The notes beneath the pieces were generated by a model. The model ran no database searches. It was not told the origin of the DNA and saw nothing but the letters and a program-made list of their open reading frames with translations. Of a DNA stretch of 64,000 nucleotides, positions 1 to 10,198 are shown in pieces. The position numbers were made by a program, and so were the translations under genes. Positions within the stretch are counted from its first letter, which is position 1, and the number at the start of each line of letters is the position of its first letter. The DNA is from a virus. Where the stretch lies: IMG/VR virus record IMGVR_UViG_3300021962_000041, positions 1-64,000 of that record; one strand, 5' to 3'.

Positions 1-668
1 AATCTTGAAAAGTATTGACGGGGAAGTTTGTAGATGGACTGCCAGGTTGTGATAATCACCTGAGAGTCAGTTTCTCTTTCTTTTCCAGCGTATATTTTGT
101 GGCAATATGAACCCACGTCCCACCCATAATCTGCAAAGTCTTTATACATCTGCTCTACAAGGGATGTCGTTGGAACGACTATCAGAGTATTTTGTCCTTT
201 CTCAACGTAATATCTCACAATCGAATATATCATCAAGGACTTTCCAGAAGCAGTTGGAGATATCAACAACTTTCTATTGTGTCTTAAAGCGTCGTATACT
301 CCCTCAACTTGGTACTCACGGGGAGCATACTTACAAATAGAAGTCATATAATCTTTAACTCCTTCTTTTGAAATCATGTCGTTGACTTCGAAAGGAAGAC
401 CGTAGAATTTATTATTAATAAACTCATATGTATATTCGTGGTTCTCACAAAAACGGGTGAGTTTGTCTAGAAGACCAACGTAAATCTCACCAGTCTGTGT
501 ATTAAACAAACGTATTTTTCCGTCCCAGTGTCTGTTGCGAAACTGAGGCATGAATTTTGCTCCAGGCACGTCAAACGTAAATTGATCTGCTAGTTCGTAA
601 TAGACGTGTGGTTCTGCTTTTACCTGAAGATATACCTCATTCTTTTTCGATATAACCAAGTGTGACAT
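1..668 (-). CDS. uvsW: UvsW RNA-DNA/DNA helicase, N-terminal part (runs off window)
   Basis: Not in ORF track. Manual translation from ATG 668: MSHLVISKKNEVYLQVKAEPHVYYELADQFTFDVPGAKFMPQFRNRHWDGKIRLF..., Walker A LLISPTASGKS; lies downstream of uvsY as in T4-like phages. Confidence 0.93.
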   Translation of the reverse strand, partial: MSHLVISKKNEVYLQVKAEPHVYYELADQFTFDVPGAKFMPQFRNRHWDGKIRLFNTQTGEIYVGLLDKLTRFCENHEYTYEFINNKFYGLPFEVNDMISKEGVKDYMTSICKYAPREYQVEGVYDALRHNRKLLISPTASGKSLMIYSIVRYYVEKGQNTLIVVPTTSLVEQMYKDFADYGWDVGSYCHKIYAGKERETDSQVIITTWQSIYKLPRQYFSR

Positions 669-689
669 AAGTTCATATCAATACAAAAA

Positions 690-697
690 TATTTATT
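690..697 (-). promoter_or_regulatory. T4-type late promoter (AATAAATA) for uvsW
   Basis: Matches gp55 consensus TATAAATA at 7/8, ~22 nt upstream of ATG. Confidence 0.6.
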
Positions 698-702
698 GAC
701 AT

Positions 703-727
703 AAAAAAGGGGGGTCAATTGAACCCC
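703..727 (-). terminator. Rho-independent terminator after uvsY
   Basis: Minus strand GGGGTTCAATTGACCCCCC followed by T6. Confidence 0.6.
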
Positions 728-1146
728 GCTTGAAACCGATGCCACTCAATTGCATTCTTGATTTGGTAAGTTCTATTTGAAATTGTTCTGATAACTTCCT
801 CAAGAAACTTAAGCATAATATCATAGTATCTAATTTTAAGATCTATTTTATTCAGTCTCTCATCGGCATCCATATGCCTCTGTAAGGCATCTTTATCTCT
901 AACCTTATATGGGAAAGGTTCTTCTTCATAGACCTCTATAGGTGCCTTTCCTGTATAGTAATTGTATCGTTCAAGTTTTACCTTGCTATGTGTTTCTCTT
1001 GCCTTCTCACGTAGCAAGGTAATCGTATTATAGATTGTATAATACTTTGCGTGTAGTTGAGGAATTTTTAAAGATTCATCATGTAAATTATCAGGATCAA
1101 TGACAGAATCTCTCTGCCACATCTCCTGAATTTCATCAAGATTCAT
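715..1146 (-). CDS. uvsY: UvsY recombination mediator
   Basis: 143 aa; IPQLHAKYY, YYTGKA, RTYQIKNAIEW motifs; synteny g3-uvsY-uvsW. Confidence 0.92.
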   Translation of the reverse strand: MNLDEIQEMWQRDSVIDPDNLHDESLKIPQLHAKYYTIYNTITLLREKARETHSKVKLERYNYYTGKAPIEVYEEEPFPYKVRDKDALQRHMDADERLNKIDLKIRYYDIMLKFLEEVIRTISNRTYQIKNAIEWHRFQAGFN

Positions 1147-1688
1147 AAGGGAATTCCGTTTGGATTGACAATATTATAGACAGTATACTTGAAAGTGACC
1201 TCTGCTGTAAAGTACTGGATGTCTGTTATCGTGGAATCAAATTCTAAAGAAGTTAATGAAGTTGGATATAAATCTTGAAATTTTACGTTTGCAATTACGT
1301 TGTAATTTGAATTTAAAATACTTAATGATCCATCACTATATTGCTCATTTAAATCTCTAAGACCATCCCGATTTGTAACTTGCTCTTTAAATTGTGCTGG
1401 AGTTTCTGGAAATCCTAGTCCAGTCAACCAATTATGAATTGCCATATAGTTTTCAAGATTTTCATCAACAAGAAATCTTAGACTAAAATCACCATAAGTC
1501 AATTTCTCTCCAGGAATATCAATATTTTTCAAATACGTTGTTTGAATTGCTGTACCAAGAACAATTTCTGGTATCCTGGTGGAATTGCAGAAAAATGAAA
1601 CCTTAGGATATTTTACTAAACTAAATTTAAATCCTACAGGAGATAAAAAATTTCTATTTTGTATTTGATTGCTAAATGCTGATGCCAT
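1143..1688 (-). CDS. g3: gp3 tail completion / sheath stabilizer
   Basis: NFLSPVGFKF, FLVDENLENY..IHNWL, LYPTSL, tail-tube-like; position after g23. Confidence 0.85.
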   Translation of the reverse strand: MASAFSNQIQNRNFLSPVGFKFSLVKYPKVSFFCNSTRIPEIVLGTAIQTTYLKNIDIPGEKLTYGDFSLRFLVDENLENYMAIHNWLTGLGFPETPAQFKEQVTNRDGLRDLNEQYSDGSLSILNSNYNVIANVKFQDLYPTSLTSLEFDSTITDIQYFTAEVTFKYTVYNIVNPNGIPL

Positions 1689-1692
1689 TAGA

Positions 1693-1866
1693 TCACTTTA
1701 ATTGTTGAACTGTTTGCAAACTAAACTTAATTGGTGGTAATTTTTTACCTCCTCCAGATCTAGATGCATTTAATGCGGCTTGAGATTTTTGATCTAAAGG
1801 AATTGTCTGACGAGCATTAACGGGGTGATATTCTGCTTCTGAAATGAACTCTTTAAAGGTTTTCAT
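1693..1866 (-). CDS. 57-aa putative internal head protein with capsid-targeting-like N-terminus
   Basis: Likely start MKTFKEFISE (ATG 1866) just downstream of a late promoter; resembles T4 IP leader MKTYQEFIAE. Confidence 0.6.
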   Translation of the reverse strand: MKTFKEFISEAEYHPVNARQTIPLDQKSQAALNASRSGGGKKLPPIKFSLQTVQQLK

Positions 1867-1877
1867 TTTTTTATTTC

Positions 1878-1885
1878 TATTTAGA
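1878..1885 (-). promoter_or_regulatory. Late promoter (TCTAAATA)
   Basis: Immediately after g23 terminator, before the 57-aa ORF. Confidence 0.55.
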
Positions 1886-1886
1886 T

Positions 1887-1912
1887 AAAAAAAGAGGGTC
1901 CGAAGACCCTCT
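1887..1912 (-). terminator. g23 terminator with UUCG tetraloop
   Basis: Minus strand AGAGGGTC-TTCG-GACCCTCT followed by T-run. Confidence 0.92.
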
Positions 1913-1934
1913 GGTATGGAATTGTGATCCGTGA

Positions 1935-3326
1935 TCACATGAGGTTTGCAACCTTGACTCTTCTGTAGTAAACGTTTGAGTTTCTCTCCAGAACACCAGG
2001 ATTGGTGAGGGTAGCACCTTTTGCGAATGGGTTGGCAACAATTCCATAACGGGTCTTGAAGCCAATTTTTGGCTGGAAGGTGTTCTCGCCAACGGCACGT
2101 ACCATCTGTAGAGGTACATATGGGCAGTAGAAGATACCAGCGTCATAAGGTGAAGAACCCTTATAACCAACAACGTAGTACTGGTTAGCAGATACGTTAG
2201 CAGCGTATGGATCGATGTATACGCGGAACTTACCAGCAAGAACACCAGCGAAGGTGTTACCAGTGTCATCAACGTTCAGGTTAGCATTGAGTGCAGGGGT
2301 GTAATCGAGGACGCCAGCCATGGTCAGTGCTGAAGCAACGTCTGCTGAGCACATGATCATGTTGCCCTTCCCTCTACGAGTTCTTTGTGCGATTGCGTTA
2401 GCATCGCGCTCGATTTGGAAGATAAGACCCTTGAACTTCTCAACTGACCAACGACCATTGGAGTCAACGTCGAGGTCGAAGGTACCTGCGGTTGCGGTAT
2501 TGACGGTAGCGCCAGTTTCTGCAACGTTATAGATGGTACGAATAACTTCGCGGTTGATTTCAGCAAGAATCTCGCTTGAAAGAATGTTAGCGAGTTCTGC
2601 TTCTGCATTCAGACCATGAATTGCCTTCAGGTCTTGTGCAAGCTCGAGTGAGTACTCGGCTTTCAGAGCTCTTGACTTAGCAGTAACGGTGACTTTCTCG
2701 ATTGAGAATGCCATCTCGTTGAATGCACCACCAGTTTGGGTGCCGAGGTCTTCTGCGTCATCGGTACGCATACCCTGACCTACGTTGTAGGTAGTGCCGG
2801 TTGCGCTAGCGATTGGGTTGAGTAGACCAGGATTGGTTCCTTGCTGAGCAGTAGTACCAAGACCAACCGAAGAATCGGTGAATCCATCGGTAAGACCCAG
2901 AGCAGCATTCTGACCAGAGAATGCGGTATTTGCTTCATCATAGAATGCTTCAGCACCAGACTGATTGGTGTAGCGTGAACGCATTGCAAAGATGAGTCCA
3001 GTAGGTCCGTTCATTGGCTGAACGCCTGCGAGGTCATAAGCGACCAGGTTAGGCATTGCACGACGGATGAGGCTGATTAGAACAGGGTCGAAACCAGCGA
3101 CAGGTGATCCAGCATTTGCACTGAAACCAGGGGTTCCAGTTGTTTGAGTATTTACGGTTGGAGCTTCGTATAGAAACTCACGCTCTTCACGAAGAGCTCT
3201 TTCTTGGTTCTCCAGGAGAACGGCAGTTACCATTCTACGATGTGAATCTTTGATTGGATCAAGACCTTCGTAGTCTAGGAGGGGTGCCCACTTCTCCTGC
3301 AGATGTTCTTGGTTGAACATTTGCAT
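1935..3326 (-). CDS. g23: Major capsid protein gp23
   Basis: LISLIRRAMPNLVAYDLAGVQPMNGPTGLIFAMR, KSRALKAEYSLELAQDLKAIHGL, FYCPYVPLQ, FQPKIGFKTRYG. Confidence 0.99.
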   Translation of the reverse strand: MQMFNQEHLQEKWAPLLDYEGLDPIKDSHRRMVTAVLLENQERALREEREFLYEAPTVNTQTTGTPGFSANAGSPVAGFDPVLISLIRRAMPNLVAYDLAGVQPMNGPTGLIFAMRSRYTNQSGAEAFYDEANTAFSGQNAALGLTDGFTDSSVGLGTTAQQGTNPGLLNPIASATGTTYNVGQGMRTDDAEDLGTQTGGAFNEMAFSIEKVTVTAKSRALKAEYSLELAQDLKAIHGLNAEAELANILSSEILAEINREVIRTIYNVAETGATVNTATAGTFDLDVDSNGRWSVEKFKGLIFQIERDANAIAQRTRRGKGNMIMCSADVASALTMAGVLDYTPALNANLNVDDTGNTFAGVLAGKFRVYIDPYAANVSANQYYVVGYKGSSPYDAGIFYCPYVPLQMVRAVGENTFQPKIGFKTRYGIVANPFAKGATLTNPGVLERNSNVYYRRVKVANLM

Positions 3327-3374
3327 TGTACTTTACCTCTTTGGAAAATTTAGTTTGAACTTATAATCTAAAAA

Positions 3375-4538
3375 TCACTTTTTAGAAACTCTATTCAGAG
3401 TCTGAAGATATGATTCCATCAGACCAGAAACTGGTGCCGATTGCTCAGTTGTCTCTTCAGAAATTGACTCTGAATGATCTCTTTGAGTACCAGTTTTTGA
3501 TGGGAAATATGATTCCCTCAATGTTACTAGCTTCTCACGATAGTCTGCCTCACTTTCAAACTCAACATTTTCGGCAAGAGAAGCGAGTTTGTCCTTCTGA
3601 GAAAGTGCAAGACCCTCAGTGACTTCTGCAAAGATTACATCAGCAACTGACTCGGCTAATCTCCTATTAAGAGCAACATTTCTTTGAATTTGCTCGTTGA
3701 GTTTTTCTTCCATTTCATCAAGTTTATCTACCATGCTCTCGATTACATCATATCTATCTTCAGGGATTGTTACATAATGATCTTCAAAAAGACCCTTCAT
3801 TCCTTGTAGGAATGATTCTGTCATTTCAGTCTTAAGACCGTGCTCAACTGCGAGTTCGTTCTCTTGAATCCACTCGTCAGCAACATACTCAAGATAAGCA
3901 TCTAGTCTGCTGGTTAACTCTTCTCTAATTGATGCAACTTGCTCAACTAGAGACTCTTCGTATGAAGATTGAAGTTGCTCTTTGATTTCAGCAACTCTTG
4001 TTTTAATTGCTGCTTCAAAGATGGTGCGTGCTTTCTCTTGGAATTCCTCGGAAAGCTCTTCACCTTCAAGAAGGGCATTGACATCTTCTTCGATGTCAAA
4101 CTCTTCTTTCACTTCATCTTCATCTTCCTCTTCTTCTTTCTTGGCTTTTTTCTTGCCTTTTCCTTCTTCTTCCTCGTCTTCGTCGGCAGCTTCAGCAACT
4201 ACCTCTTCACCTTCCTCTAGCTCTTCTTCGTCAACAAGATCCTCTTCTTCGTCAGTCTCTTCCTTGACTGCACCAGAGGCAAGTTTTGCCATAGGATCTG
4301 CAGATTTTGCACCCTTGTTAACTACACTCTTGACTTGAGAAAGAGTTTTGCCAGGTGTGCCAAGTTTCGCTGAGTCATCAGTTGACTTGTAATTTTCTGG
4401 AGTAGGGCCGCCTAAATCTTCCCAACCACCACTTTGACCATCAGGAATACCTGTGGTTAGTTTGTGCATTGGTTCGGCAGATGCAGCTCCTTTGGTTACT
4501 ACGTTTTCCATTTCTTGTAAATTTCTACCAACGGACAT
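3375..4538 (-). CDS. g22: Prohead core scaffolding protein gp22
   Basis: Acidic coiled coil, LSEEFQEKARTIFEAA, YLEYVADEW; between g21 and g23. Confidence 0.95.
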   Translation of the reverse strand: MSVGRNLQEMENVVTKGAASAEPMHKLTTGIPDGQSGGWEDLGGPTPENYKSTDDSAKLGTPGKTLSQVKSVVNKGAKSADPMAKLASGAVKEETDEEEDLVDEEELEEGEEVVAEAADEDEEEEGKGKKKAKKEEEEDEDEVKEEFDIEEDVNALLEGEELSEEFQEKARTIFEAAIKTRVAEIKEQLQSSYEESLVEQVASIREELTSRLDAYLEYVADEWIQENELAVEHGLKTEMTESFLQGMKGLFEDHYVTIPEDRYDVIESMVDKLDEMEEKLNEQIQRNVALNRRLAESVADVIFAEVTEGLALSQKDKLASLAENVEFESEADYREKLVTLRESYFPSKTGTQRDHSESISEETTEQSAPVSGLMESYLQTLNRVSKK

Positions 4539-4568
4539 TTGTTTAGATATTTAGATATAATCTATATT

Positions 4569-4576
4569 TATTTATA
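4569..4576 (-). promoter_or_regulatory. Late promoter TATAAATA for g22-g23
   Basis: Perfect T4 late consensus upstream of g22. Confidence 0.8.
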
Positions 4577-4578
4577 AA

Positions 4579-5229
4579 TTATAGATTTGAGATAAAATCG
4601 TTGAACAACTGAAGTTTATGCTCTTCTAATCTTTTCTGATCAACAAGAGTGTTAATTCTTCTTTGAGTTTGTTCTGCAATCTTCTCACGAAGAATGCCAC
4701 CTTCCCAAACCCACTCTTTACCTTCCATAATTCCCTGAACGAATGCATCAGGTGCGGAAGGATCTGCTACAATATCTGCAGCAGTTGCTAACATAAAGTC
4801 TTCACCAACAATTTTATGACCTTCATTGGTCATCTTGAGTGAACCAACACCACGGGAAGAAACCCCAAGAGTAACACCTTCTTTAATCAGAGATTCTGCA
4901 ATTTTGCCCATTGGAGTGGATAAAATTTGTGCTTTGCCAATAAAATTATTACCTTCACAAGTAAGAGAAATAATCTTATGTGATACACGATCAAGATTCA
5001 CTGTTGGACCATCGGGGTGACCCAGTTCACCAAGAGCACGACCTTTTTGAATAAAGTTCTCATCATATCTCTTTACCTCACGGGAAAGAGTTTCCATAGG
5101 ATACATTCTACCATTTCTGTTAGTAATGTTTCCTTGAAGGAATACCCCTTCAATATAACATCTCTTAGAAGATCCTTTGCCCTCTACAACAAATTCTACT
5201 TTTTGAATTTCTTCTGTGATGAGTTTCAT
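4579..5229 (-). CDS. g21: Prohead protease gp21
   Basis: NRNGRMYP, ALGELGHP, LGVSSRGVGSL, DIVADPSAPDA. Confidence 0.97.
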   Translation of the reverse strand: MKLITEEIQKVEFVVEGKGSSKRCYIEGVFLQGNITNRNGRMYPMETLSREVKRYDENFIQKGRALGELGHPDGPTVNLDRVSHKIISLTCEGNNFIGKAQILSTPMGKIAESLIKEGVTLGVSSRGVGSLKMTNEGHKIVGEDFMLATAADIVADPSAPDAFVQGIMEGKEWVWEGGILREKIAEQTQRRINTLVDQKRLEEHKLQLFNDFISNL

Positions 5230-5230
5230 T

Positions 5231-5497
5231 TTAGTTTGTGAATGCTACTTTATTTGCTCTAATTGCGGTTGTTGACCAAATAACATCAGATGCTGACTTT
5301 GCTAAAAATTCAACAGATCCACCTGGGAGTTCAAAATAATTAGTTGAGGCAGCTCCAACTAGTGTACTTACACCAACTGTTACAATTCCTGCAGTATTAT
5401 TGTATAGTCTAACGCAAGTTGCATCAGTGATACTGGTAGCAGTACCGGCAGATGTTGCAGTATTTACTTGCGTCGCTACGATTTTTGTGATCATCAT
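5231..5497 (-). CDS. Conserved small cyanophage protein (88 aa)
   Basis: ORF coupled by ATGA overlap between g20 and g21. Confidence 0.7.
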   Translation of the reverse strand: MMITKIVATQVNTATSAGTATSITDATCVRLYNNTAGIVTVGVSTLVGAASTNYFELPGGSVEFLAKSASDVIWSTTAIRANKVAFTN

Positions 5498-5667
5498 TCT
5501 TCCTCGGATTCTTCTTCAGATTCATTTTCACCAAACATCGTTGATGCCACAACTGGGCGAAGAGAATCAACTTTCTCCGCAGCTTTTGCAAACAAAACTT
5601 CTTTAATACGATCAGAAATATCTGAAGGAGAAGCATCGGTTGCAATCAAATCGATAATATCTTCCAT
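5494..5667 (-). CDS. Small acidic prohead core protein (gp67-like by position), 57 aa
   Basis: Not in track. MEDIIDLIATDASPSDISDRIKEVLFAKAAEKVDSLRPVVASTMFGENESEEESEEE, directly after g20 with its own late promoter. Confidence 0.7.
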   Translation of the reverse strand: MEDIIDLIATDASPSDISDRIKEVLFAKAAEKVDSLRPVVASTMFGENESEEESEEE

Positions 5668-5692
5668 AAAAAGTTTAATATAGTTATACGAC

Positions 5693-5700
5693 TATTTATA
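5693..5700 (-). promoter_or_regulatory. Late promoter TATAAATA
   Basis: Perfect consensus overlapping g20 stop. Confidence 0.75.
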
Positions 5701-7372
5701 TCTCGGCCTTTTTAGTGTCTTTTTGAACCTGAGCATCTGTTATTCCAGCATCTTTATTCATGTCTGGTTCTTGCGGAATATCCCCCATAAGACCGGAATC
5801 TCCTCCTGCTGGAAGTGGGGCTCCAGTTATTGGATCAACTGCATTTGGATCTGGAATAATTCCATCTTTAATTTCTTTTTTAATTTGATCATCAATTTCA
5901 ATAATTTCAGAATCAGTCTGACGTAACACTTTTCTACGAACGTAATTGACGGAAAAATACTTACCAATGTATGGTTCCATTGTTGCAAGGAGACCTAATC
6001 TATCATTCATCAGTTCACTTTCCTTTAATTCTGCAAACTGATTATCATATAAAAAGTCATATTGAATATGGTCACTAATATACTCCCAATCTTCTGGAGT
6101 AACAATATTCTTGAGAATCAATTGCGTTCTCAACATGTCATTGAAAAGATTTGCAAAACGCTTTCTTAAGCGACCCACAAACTTAGCAAATTTGAGTTCG
6201 TCACGAAGAATTTCAGAAGAACGACCTAGATTAAATCCACCATCAGAAGCAATTCTTGATTCTGGAACTCCAAGTGCTCTATAAAGTTTCTTTTGAAAAT
6301 ACTCAATATCAGCAAGTTCACCAAGGTTTTGACCGCCTGGGAGTGTAGTGATTTCAGTTCCTCTGCCACCTTCACGGCGAGGGAGCCAGAAATCTTCAAG
6401 CATACTCATGAATTTACGATCATCACGAACTTCACCAGTATTTGCATCATAAACCAGTTTGTTTCTGTAACGACTCATTACCTCTCTAAGGTATTGCTCC
6501 GCTTTTACCTTAGGTAGATTGCCCACATCGATGTAGAAAATTCTACGTTCTGGAGCACGGGACAATCTGTAAATTACAAGAGAGTCCTCAATCATTCTCA
6601 GCTGATTGAGTGCTTTAATTGCTTTATGGAGATATGAAAGAACTGTTCCTTTGTTTCTGTCAATCAATCCAGAACTGCAATATGCAATGGAATCTTTTGC
6701 AATTTTTATCGAATTTTTACTACTAGAACCACCAGCAATCATTCCAACTGGATAGCTTGGGGTTGGAGTGTATAAAAAGTATTCTTCAATCTCTGGTTGA
6801 TATATTGATTTTGGATCTCTTGCATAATCTAAAGAACTTCCGAGAGGCATTTTATTTTGCTTCTTTTCTTGCCTGACATACTTGATCTTCATAGGATCAA
6901 TGTATCTCAATTCTTTAATTCCTTCTTCTGGTTTATTAACGTCTATAACCTTTAGATAATAAAGACGACCATCAACATACCAATTTCTAAACATTTCATG
7001 ACTTTTTTTATCAAAATCTAAAATTTCTTTGATATACTTAAACTCATCTCTAATTTTAGATTTTAATTTATCGCTTGCATTTACATTTGATAATTCAATT
7101 TCTACAGGAGAATCGTAGAGATCACTAACAATTGCTTCGTTTACAACATCTTCAATGGCATTATCACACTCTGGGTGTAATGACATTTCACGATATCTTT
7201 TGATTAAATCGAATTCAGTCCTATAAACCCCTTCAATATCAACATAGGATCCATAAAATCCACTTGCAATATAATTATCAACCCCGTCCTCATTGGTTTG
7301 AGGAACGGGGGACATTACAGATTTAGGATTTTTTTGGGAGTCTTCAATAGAAAATCCAAAAAGTTTTGCCAT
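5696..7372 (-). CDS. g20: Portal vertex protein gp20
   Basis: NQLRMIEDSLVIYRLSRAPERRIFYIDVGNLPK, EDFWLPRREGGRGTEITTLPGG. Confidence 0.99.
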   Translation of the reverse strand: MAKLFGFSIEDSQKNPKSVMSPVPQTNEDGVDNYIASGFYGSYVDIEGVYRTEFDLIKRYREMSLHPECDNAIEDVVNEAIVSDLYDSPVEIELSNVNASDKLKSKIRDEFKYIKEILDFDKKSHEMFRNWYVDGRLYYLKVIDVNKPEEGIKELRYIDPMKIKYVRQEKKQNKMPLGSSLDYARDPKSIYQPEIEEYFLYTPTPSYPVGMIAGGSSSKNSIKIAKDSIAYCSSGLIDRNKGTVLSYLHKAIKALNQLRMIEDSLVIYRLSRAPERRIFYIDVGNLPKVKAEQYLREVMSRYRNKLVYDANTGEVRDDRKFMSMLEDFWLPRREGGRGTEITTLPGGQNLGELADIEYFQKKLYRALGVPESRIASDGGFNLGRSSEILRDELKFAKFVGRLRKRFANLFNDMLRTQLILKNIVTPEDWEYISDHIQYDFLYDNQFAELKESELMNDRLGLLATMEPYIGKYFSVNYVRRKVLRQTDSEIIEIDDQIKKEIKDGIIPDPNAVDPITGAPLPAGGDSGLMGDIPQEPDMNKDAGITDAQVQKDTKKAEI

Positions 7373-7399
7373 CTTATAAATTAGAACCGTTTATTCTAC

Positions 7400-7407
7400 T
7401 ATTTATC
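7400..7407 (-). promoter_or_regulatory. Late promoter (GATAAATA) for g20
   Basis: ATAAATA core overlapping g19 stop. Confidence 0.6.
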
Positions 7408-7975
7408 AGTTAATATCTGTGCCACCTGCAGCAGGACTATCACCAACAAGTGCTTCCCACCACTGAACTTGGAATTCTACTGTAAATTCCTCAATGGTAT
7501 CTGTGGTGTCATAAGACACATCAATTTGAGAAACATTGGTTGGGAAAATATCGTAGAACTTGTATCTTCTCAATACTGATCCGTCACGATCGAGTTGAGC
7601 AACTTCGGCTGGGGCAACATATGATGTTGGATCTGTTAAACCTTCAGCAGTTTGAACATTATTAATTTGGTTCATCCAGTTCTCAAATGCACTTCTTAAT
7701 TCAAAGTTAGTGTCATTCAGAACTGTAACTGTCCATGTATCAAATGTTCTGTCACCAGCAACTTTAAGAGTTCTACCTCTAAAGTTTACATCGATTGGTG
7801 TAACGTTTGATGCTGGAAGAGCGGCAGACTTAACTAAAAAGTTTGTGATGTCATTGTTAGCACCTGTTGGTCCACCTATTAAAGATGGAAATCCAATGTT
7901 AACTTCAAAGAGATTGCTTCTGGCACCACCGCCTCTTAGTCTAGCTTTAAAATCTGAAATTGTTCTTAATGCCAT
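7406..7975 (-). CDS. g19: Tail tube protein gp19
   Basis: GGGARSNLFEV, FRGRTLKVAGDRTFDTWTVTV, IEEFTVEF. Confidence 0.96.
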   Translation of the reverse strand: MALRTISDFKARLRGGGARSNLFEVNIGFPSLIGGPTGANNDITNFLVKSAALPASNVTPIDVNFRGRTLKVAGDRTFDTWTVTVLNDTNFELRSAFENWMNQINNVQTAEGLTDPTSYVAPAEVAQLDRDGSVLRRYKFYDIFPTNVSQIDVSYDTTDTIEEFTVEFQVQWWEALVGDSPAAGGTDIN

Positions 7976-7993
7976 TGTTAGATACCTCTAAAA

Positions 7994-10162
7994 TTAAACG
8001 GTTCCAATGATTTCTTCAAATGAGACACCAGATCTGGTGGCAATAAATGTTAGACCAATAAAGTTAATTGATCTTGCTGGTTTGATGAAGATATCAGCAA
8101 CAAATTCATTGTTGTCGATCACAGCAGCAGTGTTATTTGTTTCATCACAAATTAGTCTATACTCTTGAATTCCTCTCTTTGCTTGAACATCACGAAGGAA
8201 AGGATCTACAATATTTACAAAGTTTGCTCTCGTAGTTGCATCGTTAAATTCAAAGAGTTGATCTTTTGCAGCTGCTGAGATTGCATCTTCAAGATAGATG
8301 AAGAGTCTGCGAACGTTGATTCTATCGAATGCAGATGATTTTGCGAGTGCTGTCTTATCACCAAAGAGTACAATACCTGCACCAGGTGAGAAGATCACCG
8401 AATTAACTCTGTTTGAATAGAGTTTATCTCTTTGAGTTTTGCTTGGATTGTATGCAAGTTTAACTGCGTTCAGAATAGCACCTCTTGTGGTTCCTGCTGG
8501 AGAGAACCATGGGAAGTTGTTTGCGTCATTTCTGGCACATAGACCAGCGATGTCTCCATTCATTGGTACATATCTGAAAGTGTCTGCGAATTTATCGTAC
8601 ATGTACTTATATCCGCTATCAAATACTGCATATGATGAAGATGCTACTGGTGAATAGAAACTAATTACGTTTGTTGTAATTGTTTCTGGTGCATTTACCG
8701 TTACGGTACCTACTGAAGTATCGTTTAAGAAACCTAGTCTATATGGTGAAATAAATGCAATTGCATCCTTTCTTAGTTCAGCAACTGAAATAAGTTTATT
8801 TGCAATTGCCTGGCAGGTTTCTTTGGCATAATTTGCAGATCCCATTAAGAGATAATCAACATCATATTGCTCAGTATTTTCAAACAACTCATATCCAGTA
8901 ACAATGTTTGCTAACGTAGCAGTCATTGCGCCAGATGTAGAAATAGTAGATGCCCCATTATAATCTTTACCATCATTTAATGAGTATGATGCATTACCAA
9001 CACAAGCAAATGTAACATTTGCAGAAGCTTGATCCCAAGAACCATTTGCCAAAGGAGTCAGTGTATTTGCAGTGAATCCTGTGGTTGTCAATCCAGAAGG
9101 AGCTCCGCCAGCGTAAATATAATTTGATCCTGTTGCAATATACTTTCTCCAGTAAGAAGAACTACCTACAGAGAATTCAGAATCTTTTCCTTTTGAAAGT
9201 CCAATATGCTTCTCTAAGATACTACCAGCATTTCCTGTGATGGTTCCTTTATCGTCAATTACAACAACATGAACTTCATCAAATCTTGAATTTCTTCCTG
9301 TTGCAAATTCTGACGTTGCTGGTCTGTTTGCAAGATTTGTCCAAGATAGCGAAGAACCATTGGATAATGCAATTGTTTGTGCATCGAACCAATCAGATGC
9401 TGAAGAAGCAGTGCGGCTCGTTACTAGACCTCCACTTGTGCTGATTGCTACTGCAGTTCCTGAAGCAAATGTATAAACACCAGATGGTTGATATTCAACT
9501 GGAGTTTCTGTTCCTGCAGTAGAAACATGAGATAGGATCTTAACTGCGATTTGAGTTGTGCTTAAACCTGCAACGGCAGTTCCAACTCCAGTTACGATTC
9601 CTTTTAAATGTCCTGTTAAAGTTGTCGTAGTACCAGCTCCTGGAACTACAGCAGATAATGCCTGGGTTATACCCATACCAACTGTGATGTTCGCTGTAGA
9701 AACACCAATGATTTGATCTGCTAGTGCATCAATAATGCAGACTTTTACACCATTGGCCCAAGACCCAGGATTACGTGCGGCAAGAGTAACGCCTGTAATT
9801 GTGTTATCTTCATAACCTAAGTTATAATACTCTTCAAGGTTACGAATCTTAATGCTAGATGCTGATCCTACAAAAGCATTTTTTAAATCAGTACTATCTG
9901 CTCTAACAACCTGCAATGATCCACCATATGCAAGATATGATGATGCAACCATCCAATGCTCATAATGCTTATCTGTTGACGATGGTTCTCCGAAATTGGC
10001 TAGTAGATCAGACTCATTTTCTACTATTACTGGGAGATTGATTGGTCCTCTTGCAAATGGTGCAACAATTGCACCGATACCATCTGCAGTTGGATCAATT
10101 CTACCAACAGTTAAATCAACCTCTCTTACTACAAGTCCAGGAGATGCTAAATTTAGCGGCAT
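7994..10162 (-). CDS. g18: Tail sheath protein gp18
   Basis: LASPGLVVREVDLT, PWFSPAG, FDRINVRRLF, IKPARSINFI. Confidence 0.98.
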   Translation of the reverse strand: MPLNLASPGLVVREVDLTVGRIDPTADGIGAIVAPFARGPINLPVIVENESDLLANFGEPSSTDKHYEHWMVASSYLAYGGSLQVVRADSTDLKNAFVGSASSIKIRNLEEYYNLGYEDNTITGVTLAARNPGSWANGVKVCIIDALADQIIGVSTANITVGMGITQALSAVVPGAGTTTTLTGHLKGIVTGVGTAVAGLSTTQIAVKILSHVSTAGTETPVEYQPSGVYTFASGTAVAISTSGGLVTSRTASSASDWFDAQTIALSNGSSLSWTNLANRPATSEFATGRNSRFDEVHVVVIDDKGTITGNAGSILEKHIGLSKGKDSEFSVGSSSYWRKYIATGSNYIYAGGAPSGLTTTGFTANTLTPLANGSWDQASANVTFACVGNASYSLNDGKDYNGASTISTSGAMTATLANIVTGYELFENTEQYDVDYLLMGSANYAKETCQAIANKLISVAELRKDAIAFISPYRLGFLNDTSVGTVTVNAPETITTNVISFYSPVASSSYAVFDSGYKYMYDKFADTFRYVPMNGDIAGLCARNDANNFPWFSPAGTTRGAILNAVKLAYNPSKTQRDKLYSNRVNSVIFSPGAGIVLFGDKTALAKSSAFDRINVRRLFIYLEDAISAAAKDQLFEFNDATTRANFVNIVDPFLRDVQAKRGIQEYRLICDETNNTAAVIDNNEFVADIFIKPARSINFIGLTFIATRSGVSFEEIIGTV

Positions 10163-10198
10163 CTTTGTTCTCCGTCTAGTTCAGAATTATTCTAGAAA

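Noticed and set aside
107-340. Plus-strand 77-aa ORF
   Set aside because: Antisense shadow of uvsW
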